DNA from: Candidatus Effluviviaceae Genus IV sp. | GTDB taxonomy: Bacteria > Joyebacterota > Joyebacteria > Joyebacterales > Joyebacteraceae | NCBI GenBank assembly: GCA_014728245.1 | Contig: WJLY01000224.1 | Span: forward strand, 1 to 36,549 | DNA: 36,549 nt | Direction: 5' to 3' | Shown here: positions 1 to 9,936 of the stretch, one piece after another | How the letters are laid out: each line of letters starts with the position of its first letter | How positions within the stretch are numbered: the stretch's first letter is position 1 | Made by a program: the position numbers and the translations under genes | Notes under the pieces: generated by a model | Told to the model about the DNA's origin: nothing | What the model saw: the letters and a program-made list of their open reading frames with translations, nothing else | Database searches by the model: none

Positions 1-1
1 A

Positions 2-208
2 GACCAGCACCGTTCCCACGGCGCCGGGAGCGGCGGGCGCGGCCGACGCGTCGGCCGCGAACCGGATGCCCCCGAAGCTCCCCGGAGCGCCGAGATCGGC
101 CATCTGCGGGAATGCCTCGCCGGGGAAGAGCGCCAGCAGCGCGGCGAGCGCGAGCGCCGGCAGCGCTGTGAGCCTCAGGGTGAGAGAGAAGCCGCGATGG
201 AAAGTCAT
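2..208 (-). CDS. 5' part of a putative secreted protein, running off the window edge
   Basis: Manual translation from ATG at 208: MTFHRGFSLTLRLTALPALALAALLALFPGEAFPQMADLG..., signal-peptide-like and open to the edge. GAGGTG RBS just upstream. Confidence 0.65.
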   Translation of the reverse strand, partial: MTFHRGFSLTLRLTALPALALAALLALFPGEAFPQMADLGAPGSFGGIRFAADASAAPAAPGAVGTVLV

Positions 209-257
209 GGTCACCTCGGGAAGCGGGCGGGCCGCGCCGGCCGGAGTCGGCCGCCGG

Positions 258-1547
258 TCACTCGTATCTGAGGGCGACGATCGGATCGAGCTTCGCCGCC
301 TTGGTCGCCGGAAAGAACCCGAAGAAGACGCCGACGCCTATCGAGACACCCAGGGCGAGGAGTATCGACCAGGGCTGAGGCGTGGCCGGAAGGGGCGTCG
401 CCTTCTCTATGGCAGCGCCTATGCCGAGCGCGGCGAGAAGCCCCAGGAGCCCGCCGATGCCCGACAGCACTCCCGCCTCGACGAGGAACTGCGCGGCCAC
501 GTCCCGCGATCTCGCTCCGACGGCCTTTCTTATGCCTATCTCCTTCGTGCGCTCGGTCACCGAGACCAGCATGATGTTCATGATCCCGACGCCACCGACG
601 ACGAGAGCTATCGCCGATATACCTATCATGACTATCCACGTCACCCTCGTCAAGTTCTCGTACATCTCGACGAGCTGCGATTGAGAGATGATCTCGAAGT
701 TGTTCGGATCGCCGGCCCTGAGCCCGCGGCGTCCCCTCATCACCCTCTCGACCTCCTCCATCGCCGGTTCGATCCTCTCGCCGCTCACGGTCTTGACCGA
801 CAGGCTCGAGCTCAGCCTGGAGCCGAACAGCTTGTTCAGGGTCCTGAAGGGAACCATTACGTAGTTGTCGAGACTCTGCCCGAACATCTCACCCTGCGGC
901 TCCATCACGCCCACCACGCGGAACCGGTGTCCTCCGATCAGCACGTTCTCGCCCACGGGATCATCGCCGGGAAAGAGCCGCTCCTCTACGGGCGCGCCCA
1001 GAACGACGACCTGCCTCCTCCTGTCCGCCTCGGGCCAGGCGAAGAAGCGGCCCCTCTCCACCGCGCTGTCGCTGACGTACTGGTATTCGGGCGACACGCC
1101 GACGATCCTTATCTCGGCTGTCGACTCCGACCCGCGTCGAACCCGTCTCGCCACCACACTCTGCGGCGACACGGCGAGGACCGACGGACACAGCTCCTCG
1201 ACAGCTTCCGCGTCGCGGAACGTGAAGTCGGGCCTCCTCAGATACTCCAGGTACTGCATGTAGTCCACGTTGGCGGCCGGCATCTTGGATACGACGAACG
1301 TGTTGGTGCCCATCTGCCTGAATACGTCCATCACGCTCTCGTTGACGCCCGAGATGAGCGACACCATCGCCACGACGTTCATAACGCCGATCATGATGCC
1401 GAGCGACGTGAGCAGTGAACGGACCTTGTTGGCGCGGATGGCCGCGAACGCCGCCAGGACGCTCTCGACCAGCCGGTTCGATGGAACGCCTCCAGGCTTC
1501 TGCGAGGTCCACTCCAGTGAGCCGGTTCTTCCGGAAGTCCCTGTCAT
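258..1547 (-). CDS. ABC transporter permease, MacB/FtsX family
   Basis: RSLLTSLGIMIGV first TM, periplasmic domain, GGVGIMNIMLVSVTERTKEIGIRKAVGA motif, ends LDPIVALRYE. Start overlaps the upstream stop (ATGA). Confidence 0.93.
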   Translation of the reverse strand: MTGTSGRTGSLEWTSQKPGGVPSNRLVESVLAAFAAIRANKVRSLLTSLGIMIGVMNVVAMVSLISGVNESVMDVFRQMGTNTFVVSKMPAANVDYMQYLEYLRRPDFTFRDAEAVEELCPSVLAVSPQSVVARRVRRGSESTAEIRIVGVSPEYQYVSDSAVERGRFFAWPEADRRRQVVVLGAPVEERLFPGDDPVGENVLIGGHRFRVVGVMEPQGEMFGQSLDNYVMVPFRTLNKLFGSRLSSSLSVKTVSGERIEPAMEEVERVMRGRRGLRAGDPNNFEIISQSQLVEMYENLTRVTWIVMIGISAIALVVGGVGIMNIMLVSVTERTKEIGIRKAVGARSRDVAAQFLVEAGVLSGIGGLLGLLAALGIGAAIEKATPLPATPQPWSILLALGVSIGVGVFFGFFPATKAAKLDPIVALRYE

Positions 1548-2755
1548 TCGTATCTCAGAGCCTCTATCGGGTTGAGCCTGCCCGCGCGGGAAGCCGGGTA
1601 GACGCCGAAGAGAAGGCCGGTCACGAGCGCGAAGGCGACCGCGAGAGCCACGGCGACCGGCGTCACGGCCGCGGGGAGCGGAGTCAGCCTCCGGACGAGG
1701 AGCCCGATGCCGGATCCCCCCAGAATGCCGATAATCCCACCAAGACAGGTCAGGAAGATCGACTCGACCAGGAACTGCGACGTGATGTCGAAGCGTCTCG
1801 CGCCGATCGCCTTGCGCACGCCTATCTCCCTGGTCCTCTCGGCGACGGAGACGAGCATCACGTTCATGACGCCGATACCGCCGACAAGGAGCGATAGCGC
1901 GACGATGCCGAGCATGGCCATGTAGAGCGCACCGGTGATCTGCCTGTAGAAGGACGCCAGATCGTCCTGAGTGTTCACAGCGAAGTCGTCCGGCTCGCCC
2001 CTCGGCACCTTCCTGCGGATGCGCATGATCTGCCGGATGTCCTCGACCGTCCTGTCCATCGGCATCCCCGGCGCGGGCTGACAGTCGATCACGACCGAGC
2101 GCCTGTGGCCGAACAGCTTCTCGAACGTGGAGAACGGCACGATCACGAGGTCGTCCAGACTGCTACCGAGTATGTCGCCCTTCTCCTCCAGCAGGCCCAC
2201 GACCGTGAAGCTGTGGCCCCCTATGCGCACCTTCTTCTCGAGGGGATCGGTGAACTCGAAGAGCTCGCGGGCCACGTCGGTCCCCAACACCGCCGCGCTC
2301 CTGCGGCGTTCCACGTCGAACTCCGTGATGAACCGCCCCTCCCGCACGGAGAAGTTGTCTATCGTCTCGTACTCGGGGGTCGTGCCCGTTATGAGCGTGC
2401 CGCGCACGTTGCTCCCCTCGTGCGTCACGTTGCGCCTTGTGTGGATGTTGGGAGCGACCAGTCCGACGGAATCCAGAAGCTCGACGGCCTCCGCGTCCTC
2501 CTCCGTGATGTCGGCCCGGTTCCGGTACTCCTCGGTGTCCCCCATCTGCACCCAGGGGTACTTGCTCACGGATACGATGTCCGTCCCGACGGACTGGAAC
2601 TGAGCCGCGACGGCGGCGTTCAGCCCCGCCACGAGCGACATCACGGCCACCAGCGCGCCCGTCCCGATGACGATGCCGAGCATCGTGAGCGCCGAGCGCA
2701 GCTTGTGCGACCAGAGGGTACGAAAGGAAGACTTGAGGGTCTCTCCGAACTCCAT
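1544..2755 (-). CDS. ABC transporter permease, MacB/FtsX family (second paralog)
   Basis: RSALTMLGIVIG, GGIGVMNVMLVSVAERTREIGVRKAIGA, ends LNPIEALRYE. Confidence 0.93.
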   Translation of the reverse strand: MEFGETLKSSFRTLWSHKLRSALTMLGIVIGTGALVAVMSLVAGLNAAVAAQFQSVGTDIVSVSKYPWVQMGDTEEYRNRADITEEDAEAVELLDSVGLVAPNIHTRRNVTHEGSNVRGTLITGTTPEYETIDNFSVREGRFITEFDVERRRSAAVLGTDVARELFEFTDPLEKKVRIGGHSFTVVGLLEEKGDILGSSLDDLVIVPFSTFEKLFGHRRSVVIDCQPAPGMPMDRTVEDIRQIMRIRRKVPRGEPDDFAVNTQDDLASFYRQITGALYMAMLGIVALSLLVGGIGVMNVMLVSVAERTREIGVRKAIGARRFDITSQFLVESIFLTCLGGIIGILGGSGIGLLVRRLTPLPAAVTPVAVALAVAFALVTGLLFGVYPASRAGRLNPIEALRYE

Positions 2756-2789
2756 GGGACGTTTCTCCCGGGCGGGGAAGCGTCCGGAA

Positions 2790-3467
2790 TCAGGACGCGC
2801 TGTCGCTGGCGACCATGCCGTCGCGGAGTTTGACGATGCGTTTCGCGTGTTCGGCTATGTACTGCTCATGCGTGACGAGGATGATCGTGTTGCCCGCCCT
2901 GTTCAGCTTTCCGAAGACCTGCATGATCTCCTCGCCCGTGTTGGAGTCCAGGTTCCCGGTGGGCTCGTCGGCCAGTATGATGGAGGGCCCGTTGATCAGA
3001 GCGCGCGCGATCGCCACGCGCTGCCTCTGCCCTCCGGAAAGCTCGTTCGGCCTGTGATTGGCCCGTTCCCGCAGCCCCACGGCGTCCAGCACCTGCCAGA
3101 CCCGATCGGCGCGCTCCGCTCTCGGGGCGTGTCCGTAGATGAGCGGGAGCTCGACATTCTGGAACGTCGTCATCCGCGGCAGAAGATTGAACGTCTGGAA
3201 CACGAACCCTATCTCGGAGCTCCTTATCTCCGCCAGCTCGTCGTCGTCGAGCCTGGACACCTCGCGCTCCTTCAACACATAGGACCCCGAACTCGGCGTG
3301 TCGAGGCACCCGATGATGTTCATGAGAGTCGACTTGCCGGACCCCGAGGGGCCCATGATCGCGAGGTACTCGCGCTCGGGCACCGAAAGGCTGATACTGC
3401 GAACAGCGGGGACCTCCTCAGCCCCCACGGTGTAGATCTTCGAGATCTCGTGCAGCTTGATGAGCAA
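2790..3467 (-). CDS. ABC transporter ATP-binding protein, MacB/LolD type
   Basis: Walker [20 protein letters not shown], signature LSGGQRQR, Walker [15 protein letters not shown] switch. TTG start. Confidence 0.95.
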   Translation of the reverse strand: MLIKLHEISKIYTVGAEEVPAVRSISLSVPEREYLAIMGPSGSGKSTLMNIIGCLDTPSSGSYVLKEREVSRLDDDELAEIRSSEIGFVFQTFNLLPRMTTFQNVELPLIYGHAPRAERADRVWQVLDAVGLRERANHRPNELSGGQRQRVAIARALINGPSIILADEPTGNLDSNTGEEIMQVFGKLNRAGNTIILVTHEQYIAEHAKRIVKLRDGMVASDSAS

Positions 3468-3559
3468 GCTCTTATCCCCGTCTGAGCGGTCCGATGTGGC
3501 CGGCGGCGGCGCTTCCGCCGGTCGCCCGCGTCGCGCGGCGTCCCTCGTGCGAAAGGCGG

Positions 3560-4816
3560 CTACTCGTCGGCTTCTCCCGATTCCGCTCCCGACTCCGCCG
3601 CGGCGTTGTCCTCCACCTCGAGGGCCTGCCCGTTCTTGAGCGTCCTCAGCACCCTGTAGGGACCCGACATCACCCGCTGCCCTTCGGTCAGCTCTCCCTC
3701 AACCTCGATCGAGAGCTCGTCCGCGATCCCCGCGACGACCGGCACGAACAGGGCCTCGTCGTCCTCGGTGACGACGAAGACCCCCTCGATCTCTTCTTCC
3801 TCCTCGCGCTCGCTCCGACCGCCCCTGGGCTCCTCGGCCGCCTCCGTTTCCTCCTCCGATTCCTCGCTGAGCTCAGACGGCTTCCTTGAGACCACCGACT
3901 GGATGGGCACGTTGAGCGCGTCCTCGTGCGTTGCGGTTATGATGTCGACGGTCGCCGTCATGCCCGGCTTGAGACCGGGATGCACGTCCCTGAGCAGCAC
4001 GACCACGAGGAAGTTCGTGATCTCCTGCTCCGTTCCCGCCATGGCCGTTATCCCGGAGTTCCCCACCTCGGTTACTCGTCCCGTGAGGAGCGTGTCGGCG
4101 AGCGCCTCGACGTCGACCTCGGCCCTCTGCCCGACCTCGACGTCGACGATGTCGGTCTCGTCGATCTCGGTCGCGACCTCCATGTCGGACATGTCGGAGA
4201 TGGTCATGATGACGGTTCCGGGCTGGTTCATTGTGCCGGTAACGACGTTCTCGCCCTCTTCGACGTTCAGCCGCGTGATCACTCCGTCTATCGGAGCGTG
4301 AAAGACCGTCTTCTCCAGCTGGTCCTCCGCCGCGCGGAGCGACGCCCGCGCCTCCTCGACCGCCTGGCGGTAAGTAGATGCGCGCGTGACGACGTCCTCG
4401 TACTCGGCTTCGGAGATGTGGTTCTGCGGGTACTGCTCCTCGGCGATCGCCAGGTCCCGCTCCGCCGTCCGAAGCTCCGCCCTGGCGCGCTCCAGCCTGG
4501 CGCCCGCCTGCTCGACCTGGGAGCGGTACCAGACGTCCTCGAGCCTGAGCAGGAGATCGCCGCGCCGGACGTGGTCGCCCTCGTCGACCGCCAGCTCGAC
4601 GATCCGTCCCATGAGGCTGGAGCTGATCTGGACCTTCGTCTCGGCCCTTACACGTCCGGGGCCGGAGACCCTGGCTACGATGGTCCCCCGCTCGACCTCG
4701 TCGACCGTGACGTCTATCGTGTCCCTGCGCTCGATCCCCTGGCTGACGATCAGAGAGATCGCGACTATCACCGCCAGCCCCAGGAGTATTAGAGCGTTCC
4801 TCCGCTTCTTGACCAT
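3560..4816 (-). CDS. Periplasmic adaptor / membrane fusion protein, MacA/HlyD family
   Basis: Start reassigned to MVKKRRN (ATG 4816, GGGGAG RBS). Single [15 protein letters not shown] and APIDGVI hybrid half-motifs flanking a coiled coil, LKPGMTA. Confidence 0.92.
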   Translation of the reverse strand: MVKKRRNALILLGLAVIVAISLIVSQGIERRDTIDVTVDEVERGTIVARVSGPGRVRAETKVQISSSLMGRIVELAVDEGDHVRRGDLLLRLEDVWYRSQVEQAGARLERARAELRTAERDLAIAEEQYPQNHISEAEYEDVVTRASTYRQAVEEARASLRAAEDQLEKTVFHAPIDGVITRLNVEEGENVVTGTMNQPGTVIMTISDMSDMEVATEIDETDIVDVEVGQRAEVDVEALADTLLTGRVTEVGNSGITAMAGTEQEITNFLVVVLLRDVHPGLKPGMTATVDIITATHEDALNVPIQSVVSRKPSELSEESEEETEAAEEPRGGRSEREEEEEIEGVFVVTEDDEALFVPVVAGIADELSIEVEGELTEGQRVMSGPYRVLRTLKNGQALEVEDNAAAESGAESGEADE

Positions 4817-4862
4817 GGACGGCTCCCCCGAATGTCTGCTCCCGCCTGCCGCGAGCACCCTT

Positions 4863-6143
4863 TCACAGGCCGAGCGCGAGTTTGAGCTCCGCCTTCGCGA
4901 CCTCGTGATCGTACCTGGCCTCCACGAGGTCGGCCCTCGCACGCGAGTAGGCGACGCGAGCGTCGATGAGCTCGAGCATGCTGGCCGCCCGCAGTCTGAA
5001 GCGCTCCTCCGAGACCCTGAGGTCCTCCTCGGCCTGCGCCACGGCCTGTTGCGTTACGGCCACTCGTTCCTTCTGCTCGCGCACAAAGAGGCGCGCCGTC
5101 TCTATCTCGTACTCCGCCTGCTGCCTCAGGTCCAGAAGCGAGAGTTCGTAAGTCCTGAGGGTCGCCTCCCACCGGTCGACCGACGCCTTGGTGGACATGC
5201 CGTTGAAGATCGGGACCGAGAGCGACAGGCTCATCGTCCGAGTGTAGTCGTCCCGAACGTCTTCGAAGAGCTCCCCGAAGTCGTCGCGGCTCCTCGAATA
5301 CGACATCGAGAACCCGAGCGACGGCAGACGGTCGGAGCGCGCGGAGAAGAGCGAGCGACGCGCGGCCGTAAGCTGCTCCTCGGCCGAACGGATGTCCGGC
5401 CTGCGCGCAAGCGCCTCCTCCAGATCGTACGCCTCTAGATCCTCCGCGGCCGCCTGTTCGGGCGGATCGGCCGCCTCGAGGTCGGTGGTCACGTCTATGC
5501 CCATGGAAAGACAGAGCGCGGCGCGGCTCGTCTCGGCCGTCCGCTCCGCGGTAATGAGCTGCAGCTCGGCCTGGCCCACCTGAACCTGCGCCTTCAGGAG
5601 ATCGGATCTGGAGGCCGAACCCAGCTCGAAGAGGCTCTCCGTCTTCCGGAGCTGCTCCTTCGCGAGTTCGACCGCCTCCATCTGAACGTCGCGCAGCGCC
5701 TCGGCCTTCAGAAGCCCGTAGTAGGCCTCCCTGACCCCGAACACTACCTGGCGCAACGTCGACTCGAGCGAGTTGCGCTCCGCGTCCCGGCCGTGCAGAG
5801 CCGCCGAGATGGACGCGAACGTCGACGCGTCGAAGACCGTCTGCGAGACGGTGATCCCGCCGGAGGCGCTCTCCGCCGTAGTGCTTGCGCCGCCTGCGAC
5901 CGACATCGTGCTGCCGGTAGAGAGCGACCCCGAGACTCTGGGGAGCACGCCCGACCAGCTCGACAACACGTCGGCGTCCGCTCCGGCGACGCCCTGTCTC
6001 GCCTGGGCGAGCGCTATGTTCTCTGCGAGAGCGATCTCAATGCATTCGTCGAGCTCATAGACCCGGGCCCGAGCCGGCGCGGCGGCCGTCGCGGCCGCGA
6101 GAAGCGCCGCGAGAAGAGAAACAAACACTGCGCTCCGAAGCAA
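4863..6143 (-). CDS. TolC-family outer membrane efflux channel
   Basis: Signal peptide, LDECIEIALAEN, VREAYYGLL, LSLSVPIFNG, two-repeat OEP pattern, adjacent to the adaptor gene. Confidence 0.9.
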   Translation of the reverse strand: MLRSAVFVSLLAALLAAATAAAPARARVYELDECIEIALAENIALAQARQGVAGADADVLSSWSGVLPRVSGSLSTGSTMSVAGGASTTAESASGGITVSQTVFDASTFASISAALHGRDAERNSLESTLRQVVFGVREAYYGLLKAEALRDVQMEAVELAKEQLRKTESLFELGSASRSDLLKAQVQVGQAELQLITAERTAETSRAALCLSMGIDVTTDLEAADPPEQAAAEDLEAYDLEEALARRPDIRSAEEQLTAARRSLFSARSDRLPSLGFSMSYSRSRDDFGELFEDVRDDYTRTMSLSLSVPIFNGMSTKASVDRWEATLRTYELSLLDLRQQAEYEIETARLFVREQKERVAVTQQAVAQAEEDLRVSEERFRLRAASMLELIDARVAYSRARADLVEARYDHEVAKAELKLALGL

Positions 6144-6144
6144 G

Positions 6145-6918
6145 CTAGCCTCCTCCCTGCTGGAACATGCCTACGAGGGAATACAGGAGCCAGATGATGA
6201 CCGCCGCCGTGAAGCCCTTCGCCTTCGACGTCCGGTAGACGACGGCGGCGCCTATGCCCAGAACCGCCAGCCACCAGAGGGTGAAGACGTCGAACCCCGT
6301 GAAGAGGAAGCCGTAGAGCCGGTCGGACGGCTCCAGGTTCTGGAAGAAGATCACCGGCCCGGTCTCGACGAAGAGCGACTCCTTTGCCATCATGAAGGGG
6401 ACCTTGATGGCGCTCCCCAGCGCCGTGATGAGCATGCTGTAGGCCGTGACCGCCCTCGCGCCTCGGAACGAGGCCTTGCCGCCCATTAGCTTCATGAGAA
6501 GGTGCAGTATGCCGGCCACGATGAACAACATGGCGACGGACTGGAGCACGCCGCCGAGTATCGAGAAGGGCATTATGAACGGCGCGCTCTGTTCGACGAG
6601 CCGCTGCACGTCCGCCTCGGTACCGCCGCCCTCCATGATCGACTGCCGGATACCCTCCTCCGCGGCCGGGCCGGCCACGTAGGGCACGACGACCAGCGCG
6701 ACCGTCACGACGGACACGACGATCAGGATCAGGAGCGGAATCCACCACATTGTGTTGTCGCGGGTCTTCGACGGGTCGGTCGGGTGCGGGACCGACGTCC
6801 TCGCCGCGACAGACTCGAACGTCGCTTTCGGATCGACGAACACCCCGCCCAACAACGAGGTGACGCCCCCCGAAGGCTCCGGCTCCCTCTGTGCGGTACC
6901 GGTTCTCATCTCTTCCAT
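6145..6918 (-). CDS. Yip1-family membrane protein (YknW-like)
   Basis: GVFVDPKATFE start motif, about 5 TM helices, MKLMGGKASFR and DVFTLWW motifs; first gene of the exporter cluster. Confidence 0.75.
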   Translation of the reverse strand: MEEMRTGTAQREPEPSGGVTSLLGGVFVDPKATFESVAARTSVPHPTDPSKTRDNTMWWIPLLILIVVSVVTVALVVVPYVAGPAAEEGIRQSIMEGGGTEADVQRLVEQSAPFIMPFSILGGVLQSVAMLFIVAGILHLLMKLMGGKASFRGARAVTAYSMLITALGSAIKVPFMMAKESLFVETGPVIFFQNLEPSDRLYGFLFTGFDVFTLWWLAVLGIGAAVVYRTSKAKGFTAAVIIWLLYSLVGMFQQGGG

Positions 6919-6988
6919 TTCATCCTCCCGCTACCTGCGGCGCCACGCGCGCGGCGCCCGGCCGACCGGTTACACGGGCTCACAAGAG

Positions 6989-7022
6989 CAAAGGGCAGCG
7001 TCAAGGCCCGCGCTGCCCTTTG
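6989..7022 (-). terminator. Hairpin downstream of tonB, possible intrinsic terminator
   Basis: Perfect 12-bp inverted repeat CAAAGGGCAGCG/CGCTGCCCTTTG with a 10-nt loop; only a weak U-rich tail on the minus strand. Confidence 0.5.
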
Positions 7023-7114
7023 TGACACATCTATTCACTGATCTGTTGAGGCGCATTCCGCACTCGCGGCGACCGGGGCCCAACGCCCACGCCAAACGCC
7101 GTCCTAATCGGCTC

Positions 7115-7747
7115 CTAGCCGCGGAGCGTGAACCTGATCGGTATCACGATCTGCGCCTTGACCGGCACGTCGCGCTGCTTCGCGGGCGTGAACCTCCACT
7201 GAAGCGCGGCGTCGATCGCCGCCTGGTTCAGGCCCGGAACGCCCTTCACCACGGTCGCCTCGACCACGTCGCCGAACTCGTTGATCCGCACCCGCACCAA
7301 CACCACGCCCTCGAGCTCGGACTGCCTGGCCATCTCGGGGTACTCGGGCAGAACCTGCTGAACGACCTGCGGCGCTTCGTCGAACGCGGTGAAGAACTCG
7401 GGCCGCGCCGGCGCCGGAGGAAGCTCAGGGGGAGCGTCTACGTCGAATACCGTCGACTCGATCGTCTCCTCGACGTCCGCCTCCTCGCTGGGAGCGATGT
7501 CGACCGGGACCTGGGGCTTCGCCTCTTCCTTCGGAGGAGGCGGCACCTTGATCTGATCCGGAATCTCGATCGCCTCTACCTGCCGTTCCTCGCGGAGCTG
7601 GTAGGGTTGTACCTCGATTTCCGGGATCAGAAGGAACATGAGCGCGTGGAGGACTATGGCTCCCAGGAAAGCCAGCCGGAAGAACCTGGGGTAGTTGTTC
7701 TTGAGCTCCTGCTCCGCGGTCATGTGCATCGTCAGGTAAGGACTCAT
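7115..7747 (-). CDS. tonB: Energy transducer TonB
   Basis: TM helix with His (AIVLHAL), Pro-rich linker (PPPPKEE), TonB C-terminal domain (PEYPEMAR...EGVVLV...QWRFTPA), next to exbBD. Confidence 0.92.
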   Translation of the reverse strand: MSPYLTMHMTAEQELKNNYPRFFRLAFLGAIVLHALMFLLIPEIEVQPYQLREERQVEAIEIPDQIKVPPPPKEEAKPQVPVDIAPSEEADVEETIESTVFDVDAPPELPPAPARPEFFTAFDEAPQVVQQVLPEYPEMARQSELEGVVLVRVRINEFGDVVEATVVKGVPGLNQAAIDAALQWRFTPAKQRDVPVKAQIVIPIRFTLRG

Positions 7748-7802
7748 CGAACCTGCCTCTTGTTGCCGTGCCGCCGCGGCGTCCGCCGCGGGGCGTTCGC
7801 CG

Positions 7803-8210
7803 CTATTGGCCCTCCGGCATCGTCGTGAAGGAGACGCGGAGAGCGTTCGCTCGTTTCAGCCGATCCATCGCCTGGTTGACCACCCTGTATCTGGCGGCGT
7901 CGTCCGTGTTGAACGCGATGATGAGCGCCGGGTTCTCGCGGATCTTCGCGGTGACCATCGGCTCGATGTCGTCGAGGCCGACGACCAGGTCGTCGATCAG
8001 GATCGTGCTGCGCTCGTCTATCCAGACGTGCGCGATCCGCTCCCTGGGTATCTTCTCGCCCGCCTCGGAGCGCGGCAGCGTTATCGCCAGTCCCTGCTCG
8101 AGCTTGAAGATCGTGGTGACCATGAAGAAGACGATGAGCAGGAACGCGATGTCCGCCATGGACGACATCGGTATCTTGGCTCCGGTCCTGGCTTTCCTTC
8201 TAAGCTCCAA
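7803..8210 (-). CDS. exbD: Biopolymer transport protein ExbD/TolR
   Basis: SMADIAFLLIVFFMV TM with the essential Asp; periplasmic D-x-x-A-x-Y motif. Confidence 0.9.
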   Translation of the reverse strand: MELRRKARTGAKIPMSSMADIAFLLIVFFMVTTIFKLEQGLAITLPRSEAGEKIPRERIAHVWIDERSTILIDDLVVGLDDIEPMVTAKIRENPALIIAFNTDDAARYRVVNQAMDRLKRANALRVSFTTMPEGQ

Positions 8211-8230
8211 TTCGTATACCTCCGCCCCTG

Positions 8231-8677
8231 CTACTCGACGTCAAGCATCTTCAGTGAGATTCGTCGATCGCGGCTCACGCCTTCCTGCTGGAGCTCACTG
8301 TAACTCAGCATGACCTCGTCCAGAGCGTCGATCATCCGTCCGTAGGGTGCGTCGGGGTGAGACTCGAGCGAGATGATCAGCCTCTCGTTCTCGGTGAGCC
8401 TCTCCTTCACCCTCCCCTTGATCTGCCGGATGGAAGTGGGAGTCTCTTCCGTGCCGACGAAGTAGGCGCCCGTCCGCGCGGTGATGATCTGCATCACGTT
8501 CTGGCGGGCGACCTCCTTGACCTCACCGGCCTTGCTCGGAAGGATCAGGGTCAGACCGATCTCCGGAAACGTCGTGCTTACGATGAAGAATATGAGCAGC
8601 AGGAAGGCCACGTCCGACATCGACGACTCCCCGACTATCCCGGGGTTTATCTTCGTCCTTTGTCCGAATCTGGCCAT
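8231..8677 (-). CDS. exbD: Biopolymer transport protein ExbD/TolR (second paralog)
   Basis: SMSDVAFLLLIFFIV TM; HPDAPYGRMIDALDE. Confidence 0.88.
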   Translation of the reverse strand: MARFGQRTKINPGIVGESSMSDVAFLLLIFFIVSTTFPEIGLTLILPSKAGEVKEVARQNVMQIITARTGAYFVGTEETPTSIRQIKGRVKERLTENERLIISLESHPDAPYGRMIDALDEVMLSYSELQQEGVSRDRRISLKMLDVE

Positions 8678-8743
8678 CTTCGTGCCTTCCCCGGCCGGAG
8701 CGGCCGTGCCGCCCGCGGCCTGCTAGTACCAGAAGCCCGTCGT

Positions 8744-9580
8744 CTACTGCTCAAGCGAAGCCAGCGTGTCTATCAGCTCGGCGGCGCTGTCCTCCATCTC
8801 GACAACGAACCTGTCGATCCGCTGGACGAACAGGTTGTGAGCCACCTGCGTGGGGATCGCGATCATAAGACCGGACATGGTCGTGATCAGGGCCTCCGAG
8901 ATACCGCTCGCCACGAGCTTGGCGCTGACCTGCTCAGCCTGCGCGATCGCCTCGAACGCCGAGACCATTCCGGAGACCGTGCCCAGGAACCCGAGGAGCG
9001 GCGCCACGTTCGCCACCGTCGCCAGGATGATGAGGCCCCTCTCCAGGAACGACATCTCGATGATGCCGGCCGTCTCGATCGCCTTCTCGACGGCGGCCGT
9101 ACCCTTCTTCGCCTGCCTCAGGCCGGCGTGCAGGATCTGAGGAATGGGACCGCGCGTCTCCGCGCAGATGTCGAGAGCCTCGTCCATCTTGCCCTTCTTA
9201 AGGGCGCCGACGACCCTCTCCATGAGGCTCCGCACGTCGGCTCTCGCCTTCTGCAACGTGATCGCCCGCTCGATTATCACTGCCACGCCTATGATGGACA
9301 GGGCCAGAAGACCCCACATGAAGTTTCCGCCCTTGTTGAAGAACTCGACGAGGCCGCTCTGGGCGAACCCACCGCCCGGGGCTTCAGGCTCCGCCGGTTC
9401 TTCTTCCGCCATCGCGGCGAGCGTATCTACGGCCGCCGTATCCACGGCCGCCGTGTCGATCATGCCGGTCTCGGGCATCGCAGGCTCGGTCTCCTCCATC
9501 TGACTCATGACGGGACTCACCGCCCCGGCAACCATGAGCACTGCGAGCACGATCGGGGCTGCAAACAGGACACGTCTCAT
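8744..9580 (-). CDS. exbB: ExbB/TolQ/MotA proton channel protein with N-terminal extension
   Basis: APLLGFLGTVSGM and GISEALITT motifs. Start reassigned to MRRVLF (ATG 9580, GGGAGGAG RBS). Confidence 0.92.
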   Translation of the reverse strand: MRRVLFAAPIVLAVLMVAGAVSPVMSQMEETEPAMPETGMIDTAAVDTAAVDTLAAMAEEEPAEPEAPGGGFAQSGLVEFFNKGGNFMWGLLALSIIGVAVIIERAITLQKARADVRSLMERVVGALKKGKMDEALDICAETRGPIPQILHAGLRQAKKGTAAVEKAIETAGIIEMSFLERGLIILATVANVAPLLGFLGTVSGMVSAFEAIAQAEQVSAKLVASGISEALITTMSGLMIAIPTQVAHNLFVQRIDRFVVEMEDSAAELIDTLASLEQ

Positions 9581-9832
9581 TACTCTGGTTCTCCTCCCGT
9601 GCAACGTCCGGACGCCTCTCTCCGCGCTCCGGACATGCCTACGGCCACGTCTGCCGAATACACGTCTGAAACACTAGGGCCAAAGGTTCGCTCGCGCCTA
9701 CCTCCTGAGTTTCGTTCTTCCTTGAACAGCTTTACGGGGGGATGAGATCACGCAAGGCGCCCCGCGTGCCTGGCCGACCGGGACGTGAGACGTCCGGGGG
9801 TCGCCCTGCAATCCAACCTGTTCAGAGGAGGG

Positions 9833-9861
9833 AGTCTACACACACCAGTCTACACTGTCAA
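9833..9861 (-). promoter_or_regulatory. Sigma70-type promoter for exbB-exbD-exbD-tonB
   Basis: Minus strand TTGACA (9861-9856), 17-nt spacer, TAGACT (9838-9833). Confidence 0.7.
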
Positions 9862-9936
9862 CCGCTTTTCGTGCAAGCTCAAGCTAGCACGCCGGTTGCG
9901 CACGCGCAAGTACCCATTTCACAGGGCCTTTTTGTG

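Noticed and set aside
4817-4942. N-terminal extension of the adaptor protein
   Set aside because: It overlaps the tolC-like gene; a better start with RBS and a basic-then-TM N-terminus is at 4816.
9581-9830. Cobalamin or glycine riboswitch, or 6S RNA, upstream of the TonB genes
   Set aside because: I could not find the B12 box, the glycine aptamer core or a long 6S-like rod; kept only as an unclassified structured leader.
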